Shown here piece after piece: positions 18,915 through 28,181 of a stretch of 64,000 nt of DNA (the stretch's first letter is position 1; each line of letters opens with the position of its first letter). The notes beneath the pieces are model-generated. The model saw only the letters and a list, made by a program, of their open reading frames with translations, had not been told where the DNA came from and searched no databases. Origin of the DNA: a virus (Duplodnaviria > Caudoviricetes). The stretch lies in the IMG/VR virus record IMGVR_UViG_2924769383_000001, positions 2,059 to 66,058 of that record, one strand, 5' to 3'. Both the position numbers and the translations under genes were made by a program.

Positions 18915-21119
18915 ATGACCCCACTCGACCTGGCCCTCTCCTACGCCTCTGCTGGCATACCTGTTTTCCCCTGCCGCGCAGCCGACGAGGACACGGACGA
19001 ATTCGACCCCGTAACTGGCGAGGTGATCGTCCTAAAGCCGAAGACCCCGCTTACCGTTGACGGCTTCAAGGCCGCAACGCGCAGTAAGCCTCTCGTGAAG
19101 CGCTTCTGGGCTAAGTTTCCCGAGGCCATGGTTGGTGCGCCTTCCGGCGAGCCAATGAAGGCATGGATACTGGATATCGACGTCAAGAAACTTGATGACG
19201 GAACCACCATCAATGGCTTCGAGACGCTGTCCGCAATGGAGGAAGACAACGACGTTCTGGACACGGCCATGGCGACGACGCCCCGCGGCGGTCGGCACTA
19301 CTATTTCGCCTACGATGAGCGCGTCACAAATCGCCGCGGCAATCTCGGTCAAGGTGTAGACGTCCGCGGCAATGGTGGCTTCGTTTGCCTGCCTGGCAGT
19401 GTTATGGCTGACGGCGGACGATATGAGTGGCTCGACTACGATGGAGAAGGATTACCTCCGCTCAGGCCCGCCCCTAAGTGGTTGTTGGACATTATCCTGC
19501 CTCCGCCAACACCGCACCGCCAGCCCTACACCTACCAGGCCAACAATGACAACGAACCGTACGTCACCGCAGCGGTAGAGGCCGAACTGTCCAATCTGGC
19601 CGCAGCACCACAAGGCGGACGTGGCGAGGCACTGAACCGTGCCGCCTTTAGCTTGGGAACATTGGTTGGAGCCGACGTTCTATCACGCCACGAGGCGGAG
19701 GACGGCCTGTACGCCGCGGCAGCGTCCAATGGCGTGTTGGCGAAGGATGGCGAGAAGTCAACTTTGGCGCGGATCAAGCGCGGGCTGGACGCCGGATCCC
19801 GCCAGCCACGGGCAGTCCCTGAGCGGCAAGGTGACGACACGCCGATTGTTGGGTTGGGCAGGCTGGTGAAGAAGGCGAAGCCGGCGCCCGTGTCCGAAAA
19901 ACCTATACAAACTTCGGACAGCGAACCAGTAGCCAACTTGGAGCATGTATCGGCGCAGCCCTCAGAACCACCCGCCTTCACGGCCACGCCGTACACCTTC
20001 AAGGATCCACGCTCACTACCGCGGCGCGAGTTTGCGTTTGGTACGCATTACATCCGAAAATATGTGTCCGTCACAGTGTCGCCAGGCGGATTGGGCAAAA
20101 CCTCGAACAGCATCGTTGAGGCGGCGTCCATGGTGTCGGGCCGTGACCTGACGGGCATCAAGCCGCCCGCCAGGCTTAAGGTGTGGCTTTTCAATGCCGA
20201 GGATCCGCGCGACGAGATGGAGCGACGCATTCAGGCGGTATGCCTTCACTACAAGCTAAAGCCCACCGACATCAACGGCCATCTCTTTCTCGACACCGGC
20301 CGTGAGCAAGACCTGGTTATTGCTGTAGATGACAAGCGGACAGGCACAAAAATCCAAGTGCCAATCGTCGAGGCTGTGGTCGACCAAATTCGCCGCAACC
20401 AAATCGATGTGATGATAGTTGATCCATTCGTGTCGACACATCAGGTCAACGAGAATGATAACGGCGCGATCGACAAGGTTGCCAAGCTATGGGCGCAGAT
20501 TGCCGATGATACGAACTGCTCTATCGATATCGTCCATCATCTACGCAAGGTGGCAGACCGCGAGGCAACGGTTGAGGACGCTCGAGGCGCAGTGTCGCTG
20601 ATTGGTGCTGCCCGCTCAGTGCGCGTCTTGAACCGAATGTCGGAGGAGCAAGCTACGGCGTCCGGCGTTCCTGTGCAGGAGCGATTCTCCTATTTCAACA
20701 TCCACCAAGGTAAAGCCAATCTGACCAAAATGTCGACTAGCCAGGACTGGCGGCGCCTGGAGAGTGTGCCACTGGGCAACGGCACGACTTGGAAGCCGCA
20801 AGACTTTGCCGGTGTGGTGACGGAGTGGAAGTGGCCATCTCCGGAAGAAGCGGTTGGCGAAGTGACTGGAGACCAGTTGGAACAGATCAAGTCGCGCATC
20901 AGCAATACCGATTGCAAGTTGCACGCAGCGGCTGACAATTGGGTGGGGCGAGAGGTCGCCTACGTGCTTGGTCTGGATATCGCAATAAAGGCCGACAAGG
21001 CGCGTGTGGCTCGTCTCGTCAAGGCGTGGATAGAGGACGGAACGCTGCTCATTGTGAACCGTCGCTGCCCTATAAAACGCGAGAACAAAGACTTCGTAGA
21101 AGTTGCAGAGCTGTCCTAG
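18915..21119 (+). CDS. Bifunctional primase-polymerase + AAA_25 (RepA-like) helicase
   Basis: GIPVFPC, ILDIDVK, TPRGGRHYYF, DVRGNGGFV; SPGGLGKT, IVDPF, IVHHLRK. Confidence 0.92.
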   Translation: MTPLDLALSYASAGIPVFPCRAADEDTDEFDPVTGEVIVLKPKTPLTVDGFKAATRSKPLVKRFWAKFPEAMVGAPSGEPMKAWILDIDVKKLDDGTTINGFETLSAMEEDNDVLDTAMATTPRGGRHYYFAYDERVTNRRGNLGQGVDVRGNGGFVCLPGSVMADGGRYEWLDYDGEGLPPLRPAPKWLLDIILPPPTPHRQPYTYQANNDNEPYVTAAVEAELSNLAAAPQGGRGEALNRAAFSLGTLVGADVLSRHEAEDGLYAAAASNGVLAKDGEKSTLARIKRGLDAGSRQPRAVPERQGDDTPIVGLGRLVKKAKPAPVSEKPIQTSDSEPVANLEHVSAQPSEPPAFTATPYTFKDPRSLPRREFAFGTHYIRKYVSVTVSPGGLGKTSNSIVEAASMVSGRDLTGIKPPARLKVWLFNAEDPRDEMERRIQAVCLHYKLKPTDINGHLFLDTGREQDLVIAVDDKRTGTKIQVPIVEAVVDQIRRNQIDVMIVDPFVSTHQVNENDNGAIDKVAKLWAQIADDTNCSIDIVHHLRKVADREATVEDARGAVSLIGAARSVRVLNRMSEEQATASGVPVQERFSYFNIHQGKANLTKMSTSQDWRRLESVPLGNGTTWKPQDFAGVVTEWKWPSPEEAVGEVTGDQLEQIKSRISNTDCKLHAAADNWVGREVAYVLGLDIAIKADKARVARLVKAWIEDGTLLIVNRRCPIKRENKDFVEVAELS

Positions 21120-21300
21120 GTTTTGCAACCATAGGTAACGCCCCAGTCGATGCGCCCCAGTCAGATTTTCAGCGCGTGGCATCGGGGCACACTACTGCCC
21201 CGCCCCACCCTTATAGGGAGGGTGCGGGGGTAGGGATGCAGCGCCCCAGTGAGTAAAATCAGGTGGGGCACTTTTGGTTGGGCAAGAAGGAAAATTAGAA

Positions 21301-21810
21301 ATGGCTAAATCATCGAAATCCACCCGCCGCCAGACCACCACCCGCATCAACGGCAAGCGCATGCGCCTCGTTACACAGAACGGCAAGACGGTCGTGTCCG
21401 ATGCTCCGATAGAGGAATGGCGCTTGCAGGCTGAGGCTGTCCGCCAGCTTAGGGCGATGCCGGAATATGCGGCCAGCGCAGAAGACGCCACAACGGCAAG
21501 CTTCACCCTGGCTGCCGACTTCAACGCGGGCAAGCGGGACGCAGCCAAGGCCAAGGCTACCGGCGTAACCGCGGGCGAGACGGATCTTCGCGTGTATGGC
21601 TCTGCGGGCCGCCTGCTGCTTGTCGAGTACAAGAACGCGGAAGGCCGGTTGAGCGGCGACCAGAAGGACAGACACGCTCTCCTCCGCGCCTTGGGCTATC
21701 GCGTTGAGGTTATCAAGGCCTCGACGCCAGAAGAGTGCGCCGTGGCTTCGGTAAGCCTAGTCCGCTCATGGCTCGCGGCAAACGACAATAATTGCTCATT
21801 AGCCGCCTGA
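21301..21810 (+). CDS. VRR-NUC domain nuclease
   Basis: GVTAGETDL...LVEYKNAEGRLSGDQ; ends AANDNNCSLAA. Confidence 0.85.
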   Translation: MAKSSKSTRRQTTTRINGKRMRLVTQNGKTVVSDAPIEEWRLQAEAVRQLRAMPEYAASAEDATTASFTLAADFNAGKRDAAKAKATGVTAGETDLRVYGSAGRLLLVEYKNAEGRLSGDQKDRHALLRALGYRVEVIKASTPEECAVASVSLVRSWLAANDNNCSLAA

Positions 21811-21821
21811 AGCCTATATAG

Positions 21822-22256
21822 TTGGTATGGGACTGTAAGCCGCTAAATATGGGGACTGGGATGCGGAACGATGCGACAATTACGATATTGGATATCCCGG
21901 AGAATGTTACGTTGCCGGACGGAGCAACAGTGAGCAGACATGACGCAGATGCGCACATAAAAAAATCATATGGGAAGCCCTGTGTCGGCTATGTATTGCC
22001 AGCAAAGGGCAATGGCCTGATTGTCTATGCGGCATTTTCACCCAATGTAGAGCGCGACGAAAACGGCGACTGGCAGCGCGATGGTGAAAACATAACGTGG
22101 CATGCTACATTCAAGTCGGCATCCAGATTGGTGAAGAAGGGGTATCGCTCGCTAGACCGCATTGAAAATTGCGACGAAGAAGATTGGTGGGTAGGTGATT
22201 ACGCGGAGGACAACGATAACGACAACGAAGACGATTATTATTTGGAGGCCGCATGA
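21822..22256 (+). CDS. Acidic hypothetical protein (start probably near 21850-21861)
   Basis: ORF ends DNDNDNEDDYYLEAA, coupled to next gene. Confidence 0.65.
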   Translation: MVWDCKPLNMGTGMRNDATITILDIPENVTLPDGATVSRHDADAHIKKSYGKPCVGYVLPAKGNGLIVYAAFSPNVERDENGDWQRDGENITWHATFKSASRLVKKGYRSLDRIENCDEEDWWVGDYAEDNDNDNEDDYYLEAA

Positions 22257-23134
22257 CTCGCCACGCATCAATGGCTGACCAACTTAAAGCATTGCTGGCG
22301 TATCGCAATCGACCGGAAGGACCAATTGAAACCGTAAAGACGAACTGGAAGACGATAGCGGCCAACGACAATAATCCAGAGGACTTGGACGGGCTGTACA
22401 TCGAGCGAGAACGCCCAATCCGCCCAAGACTTGGCGAGATAATGGAGTCAGTCAAGAGCAAATACGTCGAGCATAGCGATGATGGCAAGATTATCCGCAT
22501 CGGCAAGCTACGTTTTAGCGACGGCACGCAAACGGAAAAGGCACACCGGTACAGCGTTGACGGTAAGCTCATTGAATATGATGCCGTGATGCCTATCGGG
22601 GCGATGCTGGGGACATCTGAAAAGCAAGAGCGCATTCTGGGCGGCGATACCATATCGAGCAACGGCGCTTACACTGCGGCATATGGCGGTCGACACCCCA
22701 ATAAGGTTAGACGAAAGGACAAGGATAAGCGGGCCTCAGAGAAGCCGGCGCCAGAACGCTCAAAGGCAGACATGCGAGCTGAGATTGCCTCACTTCCCTC
22801 CTTCCCTGTGAAAATGTACAAAAAGGGATTTCCGTGGAAGCCGTCTAATCTGCGTGAATTGTTCATGGGACTGGAGAAGGGAAGGAAAGGCGAATCGGGT
22901 TCAGTGGCGTGGGAGGATATTTCAACGCACATCGTTGAGCGCGAGGTTTGGGCGGAGACGATGGCTGCCCTGTCGAACGAAGATAAGGTCGATTTGGATA
23001 AAGTCATGACAGCCGACAACGTTTCAGATTTTGGCGGTACAGGCCACAGACGCACAAATGAGAGGCGCGGCAAGAGGCGACTGAAGGCAATGAACGACAA
23101 TTTTTATGCATCATATAAAAAATCAGCAGCGTGA
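22253..23134 (+). CDS. Hypothetical protein in late-regulator position
   Basis: Last gene before the non-coding/tRNA region and packaging genes; internal AANDN and C-terminal AMNDNFYASYKKSAA. Confidence 0.75.
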   Translation: MTRHASMADQLKALLAYRNRPEGPIETVKTNWKTIAANDNNPEDLDGLYIERERPIRPRLGEIMESVKSKYVEHSDDGKIIRIGKLRFSDGTQTEKAHRYSVDGKLIEYDAVMPIGAMLGTSEKQERILGGDTISSNGAYTAAYGGRHPNKVRRKDKDKRASEKPAPERSKADMRAEIASLPSFPVKMYKKGFPWKPSNLRELFMGLEKGRKGESGSVAWEDISTHIVEREVWAETMAALSNEDKVDLDKVMTADNVSDFGGTGHRRTNERRGKRRLKAMNDNFYASYKKSAA

Positions 23135-23166
23135 TTTGCCGCTTTTGCCGTGTTTCATGCGGAGTA

Positions 23167-23650
23167 TAGGTGAGGGGTAGCGATACCCCAAACCTATCCG
23201 TGCGCTTATGCGACGGACGGGTCGTTATGTGGCGGGACGGTTGCGCTAGCAACAGGCGCCACCGCTGAACGTGCCCGTAACTATCATCCAGTGCGCGTCC
23301 TCCTCCGCTGCCGGATGATTGCCCGCTCCTGCTGTTTGCCTTTCGGGGCGTGGCAGTGAGCGGGCTTCAATTTGCCCGAAGCTTAGACGTGAAGCTGAGA
23401 TGACGTCCAGCGCGGTGCAAGGCCGCGACAAAATTGGACAAGCGACACGATGATAAAGTGGAATGCTGCCATACTTGCACGATGCAATTTCGTGCACGGT
23501 GCTGAAGCTCGTAACGTTCAGTAGGCCACATGATGTGAAGGTGGCAGCCACACGCTTGGCTAAACGGGCCTTTGTCCGATGCGCACCATTCATAACGGTC
23601 GACGTATGGGCAATGCCTCGCGTCGATAACCAAGATCCGTAATCGGGCGC
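23167..23650 (+). ncRNA. Candidate structured RNA(s) upstream of tRNA cluster
   Basis: No convincing CDS; dense hairpins with GCGA and UUCG tetraloops; nested multi-branch stems at 23433-23580. Confidence 0.5.
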
Positions 23651-23664
23651 CGTTCTTTTTATAA

Positions 23665-23742
23665 CGCGGGCTAGCTCAATCCGGTAGAGCGCCAGGCTCA
23701 TAACCTGGAGGTTTCGGGTTCAAATCCCGAGTTCCGCAACCA
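23665..23742 (+). tRNA. tRNA-Met(CAT), initiator-like
   Basis: C1.A72 mismatch, CCAGG-CTCATAA-CCTGG, TTCAAAT T-loop, encoded CCA; one extra nt in acceptor 3' strand. Confidence 0.88.
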
Positions 23743-23784
23743 AATAAGGGAATATCCCATGTCGTCGTCCAGTACCGCCAATCA

Positions 23785-23872
23785 GGAGAGGTGACAGAGC
23801 GGTAATGTGCCTGTTTGCTAAACAGTAGCCAACCGAAAGGTTGCGTGGGTTCGATCCCCATACTCTCCGCCA
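23785..23872 (+). tRNA. tRNA-Ser(GCT)
   Basis: Loop TTGCTAA, long variable arm with GAAA loop, G73, CCA. Confidence 0.88.
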
Positions 23873-23885
23873 ATTTTCATAGTTT

Positions 23886-23971
23886 GGAGGGTGCCGCTGA
23901 ATGGCCGGCAACTGGTCTTGAAAACCAGGGTATCCGAAAGGTTAAGGGTTCGATTCCTTCACCCTCCGCCA
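23886..23971 (+). tRNA. tRNA-Ser(TGA)
   Basis: GGAGGGT/ACCCTCC acceptor, loop CTTGAAA, long variable arm, GCCA end. Confidence 0.88.
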
Positions 23972-23976
23972 ATTAA

Positions 23977-24052
23977 GCCGGCATAGCTCAGTAGGTAGAG
24001 CGGTGCTTTTGTAAAGCGATGGTCGTTGGTTCAATTCCGACTGCCGGCTCCA
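23977..24052 (+). tRNA. tRNA-Thr(TGT)
   Basis: GCCGGCA/TGCCGGC acceptor, loop TTTGTAA, U73, CCA. Confidence 0.88.
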
Positions 24053-24079
24053 TTTCGTAGTGCATGCCAACAGAGGAGA

Positions 24080-24424
24080 ATGAGCATGGACGGATCACCT
24101 TGGTATATGGCCACGGATGGCATGGGCAATAGCGAGTCCATTGGTGACTACTTCGTTAGAGAGCCTGCCGCACCTACTGCATGGCACGACTATAGCATTG
24201 GCGACCATGTAGAGCTTACCACTGGTGGGCCTACCATGGTGGTTCTGGACGTATGCGACGAGTGTGGTGATATCGACGTGGCGTGGTTCAACGGCACGAC
24301 GATGGAGATCGTCACACTGCCGTCCGCTGCTGTGTGGCATGCATACGATGATTATAAGCGCCTCCTAGACAAGGTGCGCACCACGCTAGGCGATTGGTAC
24401 ATGCGTGACGCAGTACCAGCCTAA
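24080..24424 (+). CDS. YodC/DUF2158 family protein
   Basis: SD GAGGAG; IGDHVELTTGGPTMVV...VAWFNG. Confidence 0.8.
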   Translation: MSMDGSPWYMATDGMGNSESIGDYFVREPAAPTAWHDYSIGDHVELTTGGPTMVVLDVCDECGDIDVAWFNGTTMEIVTLPSAAVWHAYDDYKRLLDKVRTTLGDWYMRDAVPA

Positions 24425-24713
24425 CCGGCCTTGGAAGGGCTGGTATAAGCTTGCTGCCTGGGAGGCTAGGCGGCAAGCACTGTTCGCGGTCGAGCCTCTG
24501 TGCCGTATGTGCATTCAGCGCGAAGAGGTAACGATAGCTACCACTGCTGACCACGTTGTCCCTCATCGCGGCGACCCCGAACTGTTCTGGCATGGGGAAC
24601 TACAGCCGCTATGTGCGTCGTGTCACTCGAGCCAGAAGCAGGCCGAGGAGAGAACCGGCATCGTTCGAGGCAATGACACCGATGGATGGCCCGCTTGGCG
24701 CGAAGGCGAATGA
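24405..24713 (+). CDS. HNH packaging endonuclease (HK97 gp74-like)
   Basis: PLCRMC, TADHVVPHRGD, LQPLCASCHS; immediately upstream of terminase. Confidence 0.92.
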   Translation: MTQYQPNRPWKGWYKLAAWEARRQALFAVEPLCRMCIQREEVTIATTADHVVPHRGDPELFWHGELQPLCASCHSSQKQAEERTGIVRGNDTDGWPAWREGE

Positions 24714-24900
24714 CCGCGCCGTTATAACATTACATTGTGCAATGCACAAAACATGTGACATTTATGCAACTGTTGCAATCATGCAACATGTTGCAAATCT
24801 GCCACACCTAGGGGGTGTTGCAAAAGTGCAACACTGCCCGACTAAGGACCGGCGTGGGCCAAGAGTTGTGCTAAACCTGTATTTTTTTTCATTTTAGTGG
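24714..24900. other. Probable cos/packaging initiation region
   Basis: AT-rich spacer between HNH and TerS, the usual cos position in HNH-assisted packagers; four TGCA palindromes. Confidence 0.55.
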
Positions 24901-24910
24901 CGGGGAAAAT

Positions 24911-25342
24911 ATGGCTGTGCGCGGACGAAAGTCGGCGGCAAGCACTGAGATTACAATAACCTCTTCTGTCGAGGTTGTACAGCGCCCATTACCGCCAAGT
25001 GAATTAACACTGGAACAATCTGAGGAGTGGTGCGCGGTTGTTGACCGCATGCCTGCGGACTGGTTTCCGCGCGAGACGCAAGCGCTGCTTACGCAATATT
25101 GCCGGCACGTTGTTGCGGCACGCCGTATCGCGCAACTCATCTCGAAGGCTGAGAAAGCCAAGGCTTTTGATGTCGACGCTTATGACAAGCTTCTGAAAAT
25201 GCAGGAGCGCGAGGGGCGGGCAATTTCTTCGTTGTCGACGCGCATGCGCATCACGCAGCAGGCGACAGTTAGAGCGGAGCAGGCTCGCAAGCCGGGGCAA
25301 ATAATTGCGCCATGGGAAAAAGATGGCGAAGAAGACGATTAG
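24911..25342 (+). CDS. terS: Terminase small subunit (P27-like)
   Basis: MAVRGRKS, PPSELT, LLTQYC; position. Confidence 0.85.
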   Translation: MAVRGRKSAASTEITITSSVEVVQRPLPPSELTLEQSEEWCAVVDRMPADWFPRETQALLTQYCRHVVAARRIAQLISKAEKAKAFDVDAYDKLLKMQEREGRAISSLSTRMRITQQATVRAEQARKPGQIIAPWEKDGEEDD

Positions 25343-26888
25343 CCGTGCCGAGCGGAATATCCGTTGGCTAGAAAAGCATATTCGCATCCCAGAAGGGCGC
25401 TTCGTTGGTCAGCCACTAAAGTTGGCTGAGTTCATGAAGGAAGACCTTCGGGCTATTTACGACAACCCAAACGGGACACGTCGAGCTATCATCAGCCGTG
25501 GGCGAAAGAACGCCAAGACAACCGAATCGGCCATGATCCTCTTGCTGCACCTGTGCGGCCCGGAGGCTAAGCGGAATGCGCAATTGTATAGCGCAGCGCA
25601 GTCACGCGAGCAGGCCGCAATCTTGTTCGAACTTGCCGCCAAGATGATCCGCATGTCGCCTGTATTGAAGGCGTATGCATTCCCGAAAGACAGCGGCAAG
25701 CGCATTGTCTGCCCCGACTTGGGCACCGTCTACCGGGCGCTCTCTGCAGACGCATCTACGGCTTACGGACTTTCGCCATCGTTGACCGTTCACGATGAGC
25801 TTGGCCAGGTCAAAGGTCCGCGGTCGTCGCTGTATGATGCGCTCGAGACTGCCACCGCAGCGCAGAGCGAGCCGCTGTCGATTATCATCTCGACGCAGGC
25901 GCCGACAGAAAATGACTTGTTGTCCATTCTGATTGACGACGCCGCCAAGGCGCGAGATCCGCGCACGGTGTTGCGGTTTCAGACCGCACCAGAGGATATG
26001 GATCCCTTTACGGAAGAGGCTATCCGGGCAGCAAATCCAGCATTCGATCTGTTCATGAACCAAGAGGAAGTCTTGGGCATGATGGAAGATGCGCGGAACA
26101 TGCCATCTCGCGCTTCAGAGTTTGAAAACCTTGTCCTTAACCGGCGTGTCGAGACGAGCAATCCGTTCGTGTCTCGCAAGGTTTGGATGGAGAACGCTGC
26201 CGAGCCGAATCGGGACTTCAAAGGCAGGCCGGTATATGGCGGGCTTGACTTGTCTGAGACGACCGATTTGACAGCCTTAGTCCTGGTGGCTCCTGAAACT
26301 GTCGACGGAGTTGTCGTGTGGGATGTGCGCCCGCACTTCTGGCTGCCAGGTGTCGGCCTTGATATCAAGGCGCGATTGGACCGCGTGGAATACGATGTTT
26401 GGGCGCGCGACGGGCTTCTTGACGCTGTGTCTGGTTCAAAGAGCATCGAATACGAATTCGTTGCGGAGTACCTGCGGGAAGTCTGCGATGACTATGACGT
26501 CAGGCAGATTGCCTTCGACAGATCGTATTTCAAGCACCTACGCCCTTGGCTGGCAAAGAAGGGTTTTGGCGACGAAGAGATAGAGGCAAAGTTCGTAGAG
26601 TTCGGCCAAGGCTTTGTGTCTATGTCGCCAGCTTTGCAAACGGCTGAAACTTTGTTGCTCAACAACCGCATACGCCACGGCGACCACAAGGTATTGACCA
26701 TGTGCGCCGGCAACGCAGTCGTCAAGAAAGACGACGCGGGCAATCGCAAGCTCACTAAGGCCGGAAGCCGAGGGCGCATCGACGGCATGGTCAGCTTGGT
26801 GATGGCACTGGCCGTGGCCGAACAGCATTTGCCTGATGAAACCAACCTGGACGACTTCGTAAACAACATGATCACCGTTACATGGTAG
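25323..26888 (+). CDS. terL: Terminase large subunit
   Basis: GRKNAKT, YSAAQSREQA, VHDELG, GGLDLS..TDLTA, RIDGMVSLVMA. Confidence 0.97.
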   Translation: MAKKTISRAERNIRWLEKHIRIPEGRFVGQPLKLAEFMKEDLRAIYDNPNGTRRAIISRGRKNAKTTESAMILLLHLCGPEAKRNAQLYSAAQSREQAAILFELAAKMIRMSPVLKAYAFPKDSGKRIVCPDLGTVYRALSADASTAYGLSPSLTVHDELGQVKGPRSSLYDALETATAAQSEPLSIIISTQAPTENDLLSILIDDAAKARDPRTVLRFQTAPEDMDPFTEEAIRAANPAFDLFMNQEEVLGMMEDARNMPSRASEFENLVLNRRVETSNPFVSRKVWMENAAEPNRDFKGRPVYGGLDLSETTDLTALVLVAPETVDGVVVWDVRPHFWLPGVGLDIKARLDRVEYDVWARDGLLDAVSGSKSIEYEFVAEYLREVCDDYDVRQIAFDRSYFKHLRPWLAKKGFGDEEIEAKFVEFGQGFVSMSPALQTAETLLLNNRIRHGDHKVLTMCAGNAVVKKDDAGNRKLTKAGSRGRIDGMVSLVMALAVAEQHLPDETNLDDFVNNMITVTW

Positions 26889-26906
26889 CGGCGCAAGGGA
26901 GCGGCC

Positions 26907-28172
26907 ATGGGCCTATTCGATAGATGGCTTGGCCGCCCTATCGACCTGAACGCGGATAGTGCGCCTTTCTGGCGCGGCTTCTTCGGATTAGGCACGACTA
27001 GCGGCGAGACGGTTACGTTTGATACAGCCATGCAGCTTGATGCTGTGTGGGCATGCGTGCGGCTGATTGGCAATTCGGTAAGGACGCTTCCATGCCTTGT
27101 TTACAAGGATGACGGCGTTACGGTCGACAAGGACAATCCGCTCTACGAAATCATGCACGACATGCCGAACCTGGACAATACGGCGTCCGAGTTTTGGGGC
27201 ATGGTGGCCCTTTGCCTGTGTCTGGATGGCAATTTCTTCGCAGAGAAGAAGATGTCTGGATCCAGACTGGTATCGCTGGAGCCGTTTCACCCTCTCTGCG
27301 TCGATGTAAAGCGCGACGAGCGCAACAACCGTTACTATGAAGTGACGGAGCGCATGAGTGCCAATGGCAAGAATGGCGGCAAGCGGCGCATAAACGAAGA
27401 TAGGATGTTCCACGTCCGCGGCGAGTTGCTTCCGGGCTGCGACCGAGGGCTTTCGCCTATCGGGATGGAGCGGAACATCATCGGCAATGCGCTTGCCGGT
27501 GAGAAGGCCGGGGCCAAGATTTACAAGAGCGGGTTGATCGCAACCACATTCTTGATGACAGACCAGAAGCTTGACGCGCCGCAGCGGAAGCAGATTTCTG
27601 AGACGCTGTCGAGCTTCATGGGCGCAGAGAAGGCAGGCGGAGTCGCTGTTCTTGAGGCCGGGTTCGAGCCTAAGGCAATAAGCATCAACCCAAAAGACGC
27701 ACAGATGCTCGAAACGCGCCAATACAGCGTTGAGCAAATTTGCCGTATCTTTGGCATCCCGCCTGTCATGATAGGCCACGCGGCCAATGGAACAACGACT
27801 TGGGGCAGCGGTATAGAGCAGTTGATTCTGCAGTTCACGAAGACGTGCCTGACGCCGCTGCTTAGGTCCATTGAATCGGCGGTTTACCGCGACTTGCTTG
27901 ATGTCAGGACGCGCAAAACAACGGTGGTGAAGTTTTCTATGGAAGGACTCTTGCGCGGCGATAGCACCGCAAGGGCTGCTTTCTTGTCCAAGATGGTGGA
28001 TTCAGGCATTTATACGCCGGACGAGGCCCGCGCTTACGAAAACAAGGCCGCTATGGATGGCGGAGACAAGCTTATCGTCAACGGCACAATGACGCGACTG
28101 GATAAGTTAGGCGAAGAGCCGGTTGTTCCGCCCGCCGCTAACCAAAACGCACCCACAACGCGCGCTGCTTAA
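26907..28172 (+). CDS. HK97-family portal protein
   Basis: AVWACVRLI, LCLDGNFF, GLSPI, QICRIFGIPP; ends AANQNAPTTRAA. Confidence 0.97.
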   Translation: MGLFDRWLGRPIDLNADSAPFWRGFFGLGTTSGETVTFDTAMQLDAVWACVRLIGNSVRTLPCLVYKDDGVTVDKDNPLYEIMHDMPNLDNTASEFWGMVALCLCLDGNFFAEKKMSGSRLVSLEPFHPLCVDVKRDERNNRYYEVTERMSANGKNGGKRRINEDRMFHVRGELLPGCDRGLSPIGMERNIIGNALAGEKAGAKIYKSGLIATTFLMTDQKLDAPQRKQISETLSSFMGAEKAGGVAVLEAGFEPKAISINPKDAQMLETRQYSVEQICRIFGIPPVMIGHAANGTTTWGSGIEQLILQFTKTCLTPLLRSIESAVYRDLLDVRTRKTTVVKFSMEGLLRGDSTARAAFLSKMVDSGIYTPDEARAYENKAAMDGGDKLIVNGTMTRLDKLGEEPVVPPAANQNAPTTRAA

Positions 28173-28181
28173 GGGAAAAAG

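Noticed and set aside
20616-21182. Long antisense ORFs over real genes (also 26988..27779, 39377..40078, 56648..57520 and others)
   Set aside because: Shadow ORFs expected from GC-rich codon bias opposite well-supported genes; no motifs or SD sites.
23370-23432. Fifth tRNA
   Set aside because: D- and T-like hairpins are present, but no valid anticodon arm, acceptor stem or CCA; kept only as part of the structured-RNA finding.
23087-23650. Phage-encoded (permuted) tmRNA
   Set aside because: The tag-like sequence is the in-frame end of a protein gene; I found no tmRNA acceptor/T-arm with CCA or tag ORF in the structured region.
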